A stretch of DNA of 64,000 bases from a virus, in the IMG/VR virus record IMGVR_UViG_3300046737_000227, positions 1 through 64,000 of that record. One strand, given 5' to 3'. Positions 50,701 to 57,349 of the stretch are shown in pieces (within the stretch, counting starts at the first letter, position 1; the number at the start of each line of letters is the position of its first letter). The notes below the pieces were generated by a model, which saw nothing but the letters and a program-made list of their open reading frames with translations, searched no databases and was not told the DNA's origin. The position numbers and the translations under genes are program-made.

Positions 50701-51660
50701 GCTCACGAGGCGCTCAAGGACGAATCCATGAAGGCCGGCCTGACGTGGTATGCCGACGCGGTGAAGCTCATCAACAAATTTTTCGGCAAGGACGCTTCGC
50801 TGTTCGCGCAGCTGTTGGCGGCGACGTCGCCGCAGAACGGCGTGCAACCGAACTTCGCCTACGCGGTGGACGCCTGGAACGCCGTGAAGCGTGGCGAGTA
50901 TGAGCCGTTCGTGAAAAAATATCTCGAGGGACGCGAGCAGTGGAAGACCGGTGGCACGCCTGAAATCGCCGAGTGGGAAGCCGAGAAGGGCAAGAAGTGG
51001 AAAGCCGGCACGGGTGCCGCGGCCCAAGGTCTGCGCAACAACTTTTTGACGTGGTGGGTGGACAAGCACGAGATTTTGCCCAAGCGCGAAGGCGGCAAGC
51101 TTTACGGCATGCATTCGTTCCCTGTGCTCGATGTCATCTCCGGCACGTGGCTCGAGGACGTGGGCGGCCCGAAGGTGCGGAACTTTTTGGCGAACCTCAC
51201 AGGCGAAGGACACGACGCCACCATCGACATTTGGGCCACACGATTCCTGATGCGTATCGCGCAGTCCGAGGACACCCTCAAAGGTCGCTGGCGCGTCGCA
51301 CCGCCGGCGGGATGGCAAATTTCCGCGGAGAACTTTAACCTTGCGCAATCCGCGTTCCGAAAAGCCGCTGAAAAGTTTGGCACCACGCCGGACTCGCTGC
51401 AAGCGTTGGTCTGGTTCTCGGAAAAACATCTCTGGGAACAGAAAGACTGGACCGGGTATGTCGGCGCGGCGAAATCGGACTACGCATATTGGCTGAAGTC
51501 GCTGGAGCCCGGCGAACACCCCGAGACTTACAACATCCCGGTCAGGGCCAAGGAAGAAGCCACTCGCCAAGGCCGCGAGGAACGCGCCCGCGCGGCGGCG
51601 AAGCGGAAAAATGCCGCTCAGGGCGAACTTGACATTCCGGTCAACCCGGTGGAAGATTGA
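44746..51660 (+). CDS. giant multidomain virion protein (2304 aa) with HEXXH motif
   Basis: Uninterrupted 6.9-kb ORF. HEFAH at 46762-46776. Several Ala/Pro-rich linkers. Position matches ejected internal core proteins. Confidence 0.75.
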   Translation: MPSVIEDLGAGESFTDTPVPVVPAEVPVYGGTARGLKSSKPITPEVQAQLDQSSKGMRAALAEKGIEAPPMLPEEAAKAAAEKEKEDKAFAGLQEVDPFSVLQEVDPRSVGEEPEFRGVPLADRLDTEKPDVLAKDPKFNVLEHIATNRDNIFQDPNRYKKALDTYRAQKVVGTTANKVWESAKKETGPLLLEILKSLPKRLENVSDIAIGPVINDITAKFRHESADPALRAQWDKMTDDNREAAIAEAIGGTQLAVGSLQDMVRQGARKLTGPGFNLKQLKVTPSGVSMERKDWSKISDEEVKSELFKDLGWHDTVQGISSGQTVKDLVSEGVQLNPENIKLLSLTDPVTLVATAGGLKAVGVGGKVLFTAANEVGAGKALNYLGQLSQTAAAKTTQLVGTGIEKTGKVIASALPISGQGISVGAGLSLLGVPHKAILAARIAAPVLQKTGQVVREIGEAAGAAPKGQLSLGLETTTGAKLVNAAKTVSKFVQPPVAGAVKGAVGTAPLALATDEPQGGLLGVGAVGGAVHSALGAVKGAVAEAGAKKYFDPGQINWEATPSPGYDNFTELNKVHEQVAASTPSNARNMVDSLRETLRPFGKKLFLVDDAAFSKAIADDTVRANGGKSLTPEQQAAVTQESKARGVSKIWMADDAGKGEMVTLVKGSANAPHEFAHVLESVMEPAGREALHDAVRKAYTPGELEALRQHYEKSLGSRFAADVPGVMQEVRSEFIADNWANLLYNTSLESLGLPKPKSSFRAKMLDAALTLGDALGIDMTAGRGTPGLNLKPSYSLRKALENASGEILAERDQRAAQQATAPEVKPVAEAPAAPVEVPVESVQPELDFTTPPPKEIPAQGELNFETPSAQPKVAPAATPPAPAPTEVPPTVSPSRGVSTPEATAARAEVTNTGVGAAWAKGKDNEQAVTEVNKALDESVGLTVEHAGAPKASFKPTEPERAAEVEEGRGLPPEQRELHAGKKYPTRWEQTKSGEPQLVARSVDKVLSNVDRAVQWGKSAGEEIPWETDANGALTEAGTNELLSDLNAYWDNQDRGFRGGGKQLVRPGDELGAAIPREQGEGKVLGDAKEQWLNLLQGKDVGPPETARAQKGKLPANIKAQEIRAAQGDVSERIAPGTDIPIYPEKVTGGRGPVEIKETNPLRNRLRAAGMPVGDLHTVVERLNAADIVKAERAPELTGRGGQTDTARAGYLTDQPVDKTIADVLADSPDDWMKRFGPKNTLTGSAYELGLNLTSKDELNALREAQSKASAAQVSALAEARAGNLDKLDEAYALATKAQFFREAIEAATDTASAAGPSGWRRAFPDRTAPFAEVSAAAAERAGFLSEKELKSIRNGEKDGETFNGDGTVFVPPEDASLDVVTLASVNLPAAELNAKNVAAALKPYKGLLGNENIKAGIFRLSEPDAEGRPQVSVDVNAIVDQKHRKSSLAFARANNQEAIFDMARGKTVDAGGTGNTVLRDPKEIAQAADALQAGENYLETKARFKAAEARRKGPVRQAIEDIKGDLDITVKAITRESEAAARKRVAETDYSKYNVPEEQKPKGKGPTGWALPDGQFIRLDTDYHQTWLGEHSEQLNKQYGTEFSKDATVEDRQAALNKGFIRVREYGGKLAIEANQKFFRGKGKRAIEVLLDDHAKDIDSARITLLDNEGKVTDTMADNKLFESENPAQDLMDLVDAVDPNKVAPKRGPSAIQIARSREGYLTPEIPTDEAITDALSEEKKPFVGAARDLDEGTPVGLRIDIPAYNRTGKYVITVHEKAEGGRVGKRIGYDSIATVDNPTFFSNTKGAAKIAEGAAKFPIATVEGEWNPSRELPADLSEWTEVGFNPTKHDYFYEKGTDEPVTGGTQAVSVGNSVFVKDATFGSKADVAARGGYLPGEKLTPETAEAAADKHNEEYTKSYPEAYPTRFIRDSKGKLKLQGGKLVPGDEEAVLDKTPLALDAVRENPDAPAHEVISDALADKIVAEAHEALKDESMKAGLTWYADAVKLINKFFGKDASLFAQLLAATSPQNGVQPNFAYAVDAWNAVKRGEYEPFVKKYLEGREQWKTGGTPEIAEWEAEKGKKWKAGTGAAAQGLRNNFLTWWVDKHEILPKREGGKLYGMHSFPVLDVISGTWLEDVGGPKVRNFLANLTGEGHDATIDIWATRFLMRIAQSEDTLKGRWRVAPPAGWQISAENFNLAQSAFRKAAEKFGTTPDSLQALVWFSEKHLWEQKDWTGYVGAAKSDYAYWLKSLEPGEHPETYNIPVRAKEEATRQGREERARAAAKRKNAAQGELDIPVNPVED

Positions 51661-51665
51661 CGTTG

Positions 51666-51833
51666 ATGAAAACTGAACACAAAGACGTGTCGGCGGAAGA
51701 ATTGATGAAGGCGCTCGGCCCGGAGCTGATGCAGTTCATCGTCGAAAGCCTGCACACCTCGGCCCACGAGGACGCCAATTCGACGGACCGAAAGCCCGTT
51801 GACAAAGCGGATAAACCATCCACTTCTAAGTAG
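51666..51833 (+). CDS. small acidic protein (55 aa, below the ORF-track cutoff)
   Basis: Hand translation gives MKTEHKDVSAEELMKALGPELMQFIVESLHTSAHEDANSTDRKPVDKADKPSTSK. Confidence 0.35.
   Translation: MKTEHKDVSAEELMKALGPELMQFIVESLHTSAHEDANSTDRKPVDKADKPSTSK
51799..51826 (+). promoter_or_regulatory. class B promoter
   Basis: TTGACA AAGCGGATAAACCATC CACTTC TAAGTAGCT ATG(51836). Confidence 0.5.
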
Positions 51834-51835
51834 CT

Positions 51836-52468
51836 ATGCCCGTGATGCCCGAAGACATTCAGCCCGTTGCCGCCGCCCCCGCTGCGGCTGACGAGGTCAC
51901 CCCCGCCGAGGAACCCGAAGCCAAGGCCCCCGTTATGCCGCCCGAGCTGGCGAAGATTCCCGCCCTCGCCGCCCTGGCGAACGGGTCCCCGCCGGCTACC
52001 TACGGGCCGCTCAAGTCGGAAGACCCTCAGCTCAAGGTCATTGGGAAGAAAGAGAACGCCGAGGCCCTGAAAAAGATGGGTTTCGCCGCGTTTGAATCCG
52101 AATCCCAGCCGGGGAACTTCGTGCTTTTTAACGGGCTACTTGTTAAGCCCCAGGAAGTTATGGACGCCGACAAGGCGGGCCAGCTCGATTCCATCGCCGT
52201 GCCCTTTCAGCAGCTGGCGGCCTCATTTGAATCCGCCCGGTTGGATGGCGGCAGTTCCGAAGTTCCCGCAGAGGGGGCGCCCGCTGCGCCAGCGCCCGCT
52301 GGTGAAGCCGCAGCCGCTCCGATGCCCTCCGCTCCCCCCGCTCCTGCCGGTGCCCAGAAACGCCTCCTGGCGGCTCGGGTGACGAATTTGCAGCCCGGCA
52401 GTCCGACATCGGGTCCGGCGCCCGGTCGCGGTCGCGTGCTCAACGCGATTTCAAAACCAGTCGTATGA
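51836..52468 (+). CDS. hypothetical Ala/Pro-rich protein (210 aa), last rightward gene
   Basis: ORF. Its 3' end overlaps the convergent gene by 18 nt. Confidence 0.55.
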   Translation: MPVMPEDIQPVAAAPAAADEVTPAEEPEAKAPVMPPELAKIPALAALANGSPPATYGPLKSEDPQLKVIGKKENAEALKKMGFAAFESESQPGNFVLFNGLLVKPQEVMDADKAGQLDSIAVPFQQLAASFESARLDGGSSEVPAEGAPAAPAPAGEAAAAPMPSAPPAPAGAQKRLLAARVTNLQPGSPTSGPAPGRGRVLNAISKPVV

Positions 52469-53545
52469 CCAAGCGTGGGGGGCCTCGGGGGTGTTCCACC
52501 CCTTCCCCCAGAGCAGGCTCAGCCGCTCGAAATAACGCTGATAGTCGTGCTTGAGGGTATACATCGAATATTTTTGGATTGCCCGCGCGCGAATGGCTTT
52601 CCGGTCCAGGGTGTTCACCTGCCGGCAGGCGTCCGCAAACTCCCCCAGGTAGTGACATCGGAACCCGGACATGCCGTGCACCACCGTCTCCGTAAACCCA
52701 GCCCAGTCCGTTGAAATGACCGGCGTGCCGCAAAGCTGCGCCTCCACGGCCACGCAGCCGAACGGCTCGGGGTAGAGTGACGGGCAAAACACCGCCTGCG
52801 CCCGGGCCATCATCTCGTTGCGGGTCTTCCAGTCCGGGGCACCACAATACTCGTGACCCCCGGTGATGTTCCGCAGGCTGCCGCCGTGACCGATGAGCTT
52901 CAATTTCACGCCGGCAGCGGTCGCGGCGTCACACGCTACGCGGACCCCCTTTTCGTGAGTCAGTCGACCGACGTAAAGAAAATAGTCGTCCGGTGTGGCG
53001 AGGTGAAATTGGTCGGGGTCAAAAAAGACGGGGATGACCGTATCGAAGAAACGCGCGTTAGAGATGCGTTGCGCCCCATAACAGAAGTGCATCCACGCAT
53101 AGCTCTCGAACACCCGGAACGGCGCCCAGTTGCCCTCATACCCGATGGAATACTCCACGCCCAGGAGGTCCTTGTGCGCGTCAAAAACTGGCTTCTGCGA
53201 GTGGCCCCCGATGGAGAGCAGGAAGTCCCGCGATTGCTTGCGCTTGGCGATTTCGGCAATCATCCAGGGGTTCGACTGTTGGTAGAGCGGGGTTTTTCCG
53301 TCCACGGGCGCGTGCTGGTATTCCGTCTGCCCCAGGTAGCGCTTGCGGTCGCCCTCGGGCATCACGTTGATGAACTCGGTGCACGGGGCGGTGGAGCCCT
53401 CGGCCCCGTAAAGGTAGACCGTGTGGCCCAGGGAGCGCATCATGCGGCAGAACCGGTGGCCGGCGGCGGCGAACCCGTCGAGTGAAAAGTCTTCGCTGAC
53501 GGGGCAATTCGGCAAGCCGAGCAGATGTATCCGAAGCGGGGTCAT
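52451..53545 (-). CDS. GT4/GT1-type (GT-B fold) glycosyltransferase (364 aa)
   Basis: YVGRLTHEKGV...LIGHG...PSLYPEPFGCVAVEAQLCGTPVISTDWAGFTETV matches the E-x7-E / EPFG...EA..G.PV signature. Confidence 0.85.
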   Translation of the reverse strand: MTPLRIHLLGLPNCPVSEDFSLDGFAAAGHRFCRMMRSLGHTVYLYGAEGSTAPCTEFINVMPEGDRKRYLGQTEYQHAPVDGKTPLYQQSNPWMIAEIAKRKQSRDFLLSIGGHSQKPVFDAHKDLLGVEYSIGYEGNWAPFRVFESYAWMHFCYGAQRISNARFFDTVIPVFFDPDQFHLATPDDYFLYVGRLTHEKGVRVACDAATAAGVKLKLIGHGGSLRNITGGHEYCGAPDWKTRNEMMARAQAVFCPSLYPEPFGCVAVEAQLCGTPVISTDWAGFTETVVHGMSGFRCHYLGEFADACRQVNTLDRKAIRARAIQKYSMYTLKHDYQRYFERLSLLWGKGWNTPEAPHAWSYDWF

Positions 53546-54012
53546 GGAAAATTGGGTTTCGCGAACTCGCCAAAATATGCGCGGGCACCTGCATCATACG
53601 ACCGCGCGGCGTCTTCCTCCCTATGAAATTTTCCCAGGTATATCCGTCTTCCGGCGACCTGTAGATTCGCGCGCCACTTCCGAGCGTCAGGGCACCAATA
53701 GACGCCCTTGAACTTCGAGGTCGCCGCCGCGCGTTTGACACGGTTGCGCATGTTTTGGGCATGGGTGGCCGGACGGAGATTGGCCCGTTGATTGTTTAAC
53801 CCATCTCCGTCTCGGTGGTCAACGCCTTTGGTGTTCAACAGTTCACAATGCAACCAAACGTGCCCCCAGCCCTCCTTTCGCAGTGCGTAGAATGTGTTCG
53901 ACCGGGGATTCCACAAGGCGTGCCATTTGCGGCGCCCAAATTCTTCCATGTCGGCGAAGTCGATAACCGCGACCTGTCCCTGCGTTAACGGAAGAAAAAC
54001 AATGGCGCTCAC
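53542..54012 (-). CDS. HNH (HNH_3-type) endonuclease fused to an AP2 DNA-binding domain (156 aa, GTG start)
   Basis: VDHRDGDGLNNQRANLRPATHAQN plus SKFKGVYWCPDARKWRANLQVAGRRIYLGKFHREEDAARSYDAGARAYFGEFAKPNF. GTGA overlap with the upstream stop. Confidence 0.8.
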   Translation of the reverse strand: MSAIVFLPLTQGQVAVIDFADMEEFGRRKWHALWNPRSNTFYALRKEGWGHVWLHCELLNTKGVDHRDGDGLNNQRANLRPATHAQNMRNRVKRAAATSKFKGVYWCPDARKWRANLQVAGRRIYLGKFHREEDAARSYDAGARAYFGEFAKPNFP

Positions 54013-54614
54013 TTGGTGTTCTCCTGTAATTGTTTCATCCACGCGGGGGCCGGCGCAAAAAGGTCCGCCATCTTCCGCGGCGCGACCCGCCGGCCCTGTC
54101 GGTCCACCATCCAGCACTGTGTGTAAAAGTCCATCGCAATGTGGTTCACGCAGCCCAGGTCCGTCTTGCCGGCGACCGGGCGCGCGCCCATGCGCTGGTT
54201 GTCCATGAAATAGAACTTACCCTCGAACTGGAACAACACCGCGGCGTGGAAACCCTGCTGGCCCCCGTATTGTGACCACTTGAAAAGGATTTGGCGTGCC
54301 GGGATACCGCGGGCCTGCAGCATGCGGACCGCGTCACAGCTGAAGGGGTCACACTGACGGAGGACCATATAACCGGGCAGGTGTTTGAACGTCGGCAGCG
54401 GGGCGGCGTTGGCGGACGACGAGATACACGCCGCCAGGGCCAAACCGAAAAAATATTTTCTGAGCCCGATAGTGACCAGGGCGAGCATCGCCAGAGCAAG
54501 AGCACAAAAAAGCGGACCCGGGTATTCGACCGCCAGGAAGTTGAACAACACAAAGCCGATGATGAAGCCGAATACGACGCCGAGCGCCTTGATGTATGGG
54601 AGGATGTTTTTCAT
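54009..54614 (-). CDS. membrane-anchored transglutaminase-like cysteine peptidase candidate (201 aa)
   Basis: Two or three N-terminal TM helices, then QCDPFSCDAVRMLQARGIP...GFHAAVLF...FMDNQ, a Cys/His/Asp spacing like BTLCP-type peptidases. Confidence 0.45.
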   Translation of the reverse strand: MKNILPYIKALGVVFGFIIGFVLFNFLAVEYPGPLFCALALAMLALVTIGLRKYFFGLALAACISSSANAAPLPTFKHLPGYMVLRQCDPFSCDAVRMLQARGIPARQILFKWSQYGGQQGFHAAVLFQFEGKFYFMDNQRMGARPVAGKTDLGCVNHIAMDFYTQCWMVDRQGRRVAPRKMADLFAPAPAWMKQLQENTK

Positions 54615-54624
54615 TTTCAAATCA

Positions 54625-54640
54625 GGGCCATCCGTGGCCC
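54625..54640 (-). promoter_or_regulatory. hairpin GGGCCA-CGGA-TGGCCC followed by TGATTTG (terminator or degenerate class A promoter)
   Basis: Shares the 14-mer GGCCACGGATGGCC with the promoter at 5786-5814. Lies between two co-oriented genes. Confidence 0.4.
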
Positions 54641-54679
54641 GACGTTTCCCAGATGCCCGCTGGTGCGGGGATGGGGAAG

Positions 54680-55036
54680 TTACTCCGGCAGACCCTTGGT
54701 GGCGATTTCATTCGCCTCGGTCAGCGCCCACGCCGCGTTGGCGATGTGGTTGTGGATTTCGCGGAGCTTGGCCTCGAGCGCGACCGCATCCACTTCCGCG
54801 GGGAACCCCGCGAAGCAAACGGGGGCGGTGAGGTGACCCGCGGCCCGACGCAGGGCGATGCCAAGGATTTGGCTGTCCTGCAGGAGGTCATTCAGGAACG
54901 CCTCACGGACATTTGCCCGGTCTTCGACGGTGTGCGATTTCGCGCACTCGAGGATAGCGGCCTTGTCCTCGTCGGACAGCGGCGCTTCGTTAATGACGTG
55001 GTATTTCGACGCCAGGATGGGTGTGGTCGCGTCCAT
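54680..55036 (-). CDS. hypothetical protein (118 aa)
   Basis: ORF MDATTPILASKYHVINEAPL... Confidence 0.55.
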   Translation of the reverse strand: MDATTPILASKYHVINEAPLSDEDKAAILECAKSHTVEDRANVREAFLNDLLQDSQILGIALRRAAGHLTAPVCFAGFPAEVDAVALEAKLREIHNHIANAAWALTEANEIATKGLPE

Positions 55037-55040
55037 GGTT

Positions 55041-55454
55041 TTAGTTGTTGTGGTGATTGTGGCTACCGCCGTTATTCACCGTGGTGCCGCCCGGGTTCAC
55101 CGTGGTGTTTACAACGGGGTTGCCGCTGTTCACCGTGGTGCTCGGGGACGCCGTGGTGTTGACCGACGTCTTGCTTCGCGAGGGACGCAACAGCGCCGCG
55201 CCGCCCGCGATGCCGCCGGCCTGGGCGACGCTCGGAACGATGCCGCCGCTCGCGCCATGCGCCAGGACGGACACCTCACCGGGGTGCTTCGGGTCCGCAG
55301 CCACCAGCGTGGTCAGGGACGGGCAAAACAGCCCGCAGTTTTTGATACGGTAGATGTCCACGCCGTTGATGGTGGAGATTTTCTTGGTGCCAGCCGTGGC
55401 AGGGGTAACCGCTGCAAGTCCGAGCAGCGCCGCGATTGCGATGATGTATTTCAT
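55041..55454 (-). CDS. secreted protein (137 aa)
   Basis: Signal peptide MKYIIAIAALLGLAAVTPATA. Thr/Asn/Val-rich C-terminus. Confidence 0.6.
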   Translation of the reverse strand: MKYIIAIAALLGLAAVTPATAGTKKISTINGVDIYRIKNCGLFCPSLTTLVAADPKHPGEVSVLAHGASGGIVPSVAQAGGIAGGAALLRPSRSKTSVNTTASPSTTVNSGNPVVNTTVNPGGTTVNNGGSHNHHNN

Positions 55455-55460
55455 GTCTGT

Positions 55461-55489
55461 AGGTTACGACAGGGGGTTTGTCCTGTCAA
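55461..55489 (-). promoter_or_regulatory. class D promoter (TTGACAGGA...-TAACCT)
   Basis: TTGACA GGACAAACCCCCTGTCG TAACCT ACAGAC ATG. Confidence 0.5.
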
Positions 55490-56070
55490 ATTTTCTCGGG
55501 CAAAAACTTGGACCCGGGGGTTCCCATCGAGATAAGAATTTGCACCACTTTCTCCGCGAAGTCCGCGAGGACGCCATCGTAGGCCAGCGTGCCGCCCCGC
55601 GACTTGTATGAGATGGCAAACGCTGCGCGCCGAACGGCAGTGCAGGCATTGACGGCGGCGGTCACGGCGCTACCCAGGAAGGGGTCGAAACGAACGGCGG
55701 ATTCGGCATAGTCTACGGCGCTCGCGGAGTCGCTCTCGCGAGCGAGTGCGAGGGCTTCGACCGCCACCCGCTGGACAAACGTTATCATGTCAAAGTTCTC
55801 GCGCGTTCCGAGCTGAGCGATAGCCAGCCGGCGCAGGCCCTTCGCGCGGGCGGCGTTGGAGGACCAGCTGCTGTCATTCAGCATGATTTTTAATTCCCGG
55901 ACGGCGCTGGCCACGCACAACGGGTCATCCCCGTGGGGAAGGTTCAGGCCATAACAGACGGCGGCTTCCACGCACATTTGCCCCGGGATGGGCACGCCCA
56001 TGCCGCAGACCAGACCGGCGTCGACGGTTTCAAGAATTCTTTGGACGGACAATTCGTTTATTTCGTTCAT
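55486..56070 (-). CDS. hypothetical protein (194 aa)
   Basis: ATG lies 6 nt after the class D hexamer. Confidence 0.6.
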   Translation of the reverse strand: MNEINELSVQRILETVDAGLVCGMGVPIPGQMCVEAAVCYGLNLPHGDDPLCVASAVRELKIMLNDSSWSSNAARAKGLRRLAIAQLGTRENFDMITFVQRVAVEALALARESDSASAVDYAESAVRFDPFLGSAVTAAVNACTAVRRAAFAISYKSRGGTLAYDGVLADFAEKVVQILISMGTPGSKFLPEKI

Positions 56071-56076
56071 ACGGCG

Positions 56077-56105
56077 AGTTTACTCCAGGTTGTTTATCCT
56101 GTCAA
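56077..56105 (-). promoter_or_regulatory. class D promoter
   Basis: TTGACA GGATAAACAACCTGGAG TAAACT CGCCGT ATG. Confidence 0.5.
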
Positions 56106-57349
56106 ATTTTCGGCAGCACATACGGCGGCGTGGAGCCTACCTCCGCGAACTTCAGGGAAATGCTGTAGCTCGCGGTTTGCCCGTATTTGGGGTGCATCAA
56201 GAAGAAAGTTTGCGTGGGGTCGACCGGCGAAAAGTTTTCCGCCAGCGCGTAGCCGTCGATGCCGGGGAAGCCGCCGTTGACAATAAAGCGACCCTTCGCG
56301 TGTGGAAGCACAATGTCCCGGTGCAGATGCCCGCACAGGTAGTAGTCGGGCGAGCGCTGCCCGTATTTGGCGAACAGCTGCGAGCGGCCCGAGACGTGCC
56401 GAGCTACAGAATGGTTCGGGATGCCGAGCGCGCGGTCGCCGCCACGGAGTGTGTCCCCGTGGAGCAGCTCGAAGCGGAACCCCTGCACGTCGAACAGCGC
56501 GGTGGGTTGCTTGTCGAGCGTCCAATGCACGTTGGCCAGCTCGCGGGTCAGCGCTTCGGTATACGAGAGGCAGAACATATCGAGATTGCTGAAACGGTTT
56601 TCTGTCGGCATGCGTTTCTGGTTCGCGAACCGGGGATGGTTGCCCACGGTCCCCACAACGCGGACCAAGGGAAAACGTGGCGCGAGGTTGCGCAAGAACT
56701 GCGCGAAGGCGTGGCCGGCGGCATACGTTTGGTCGAACAGCGTCATTTTTTGCGCGGCCTCGGCTCCGTGGTTCAACGCACCGTGGATAAGGTCACCGCC
56801 GAAACAGACGACGAGCTCGTCGACCTGGGTGGTGGTGTGCCGCGTGACGATGGACGTGATGGACGACTCCACGGTCTTCAGGCGCGCGAGAAAAAGGTCC
56901 AGATTGTAGCCGCCAAACCCGAGGGTCTGGTCGGGCGTGATTTCCTGGCCCACATGCGTGTCACTCAGAATGAGGACGGCGGACTGCGATTTGTCCTCGC
57001 CGGCCTTGTAGGGCACCGCCGCGGGGAACGGGTTGTAACTCACGGGCGCGACTTCGCGCGCCAGCTCCACGAGCTGCTCGGCGATGGACGCATGCGCGAC
57101 CGCCTGCTTGTATTTCTTCTCGAGATTTTGGTATTCGCCCTTCCAAAATTCATTGGACTTCGCCGTCTTGTCCTGCTCGAACGTGGTGGGCGCCCCCTTG
57201 GAGGCTACGGGCGTCGCCTCCGCTTCGGCGGCGAGGCGTTGCCGCTTGCCGCGGATGGCGGGTTCCGAGCGCCCGGTTCGGGCGGCCACTTCTTTGTTGC
57301 TCAGCCCGGAGGCGAGCAAAGCGATTTCATTCTGTGTCCAGTCGTTCAT
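56102..57349 (-). CDS. Myb/SANT-like HTH fused to a calcineurin-like metallophosphoesterase (Mre11/SbcD-like, 415 aa)
   Basis: N-terminal WTQNEIALLASGLSNKEVAARTGRSEPAIRGKRQRL. Phosphoesterase motifs LSDTHVG, GGDLIHG, GNHPR, GHLHRD. Confidence 0.75.
   Translation of the reverse strand: MNDWTQNEIALLASGLSNKEVAARTGRSEPAIRGKRQRLAAEAEATPVASKGAPTTFEQDKTAKSNEFWKGEYQNLEKKYKQAVAHASIAEQLVELAREVAPVSYNPFPAAVPYKAGEDKSQSAVLILSDTHVGQEITPDQTLGFGGYNLDLFLARLKTVESSITSIVTRHTTTQVDELVVCFGGDLIHGALNHGAEAAQKMTLFDQTYAAGHAFAQFLRNLAPRFPLVRVVGTVGNHPRFANQKRMPTENRFSNLDMFCLSYTEALTRELANVHWTLDKQPTALFDVQGFRFELLHGDTLRGGDRALGIPNHSVARHVSGRSQLFAKYGQRSPDYYLCGHLHRDIVLPHAKGRFIVNGGFPGIDGYALAENFSPVDPTQTFFLMHPKYGQTASYSISLKFAEVGSTPPYVLPKI

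Noticed and set aside
48331-51570. Antisense ORFs 48331..49707 and 49825..51570 inside the giant gene.
   Set aside because: Shadow ORFs of a 6.9-kb uninterrupted plus-strand frame, with Arg/Gly/Val-rich products.
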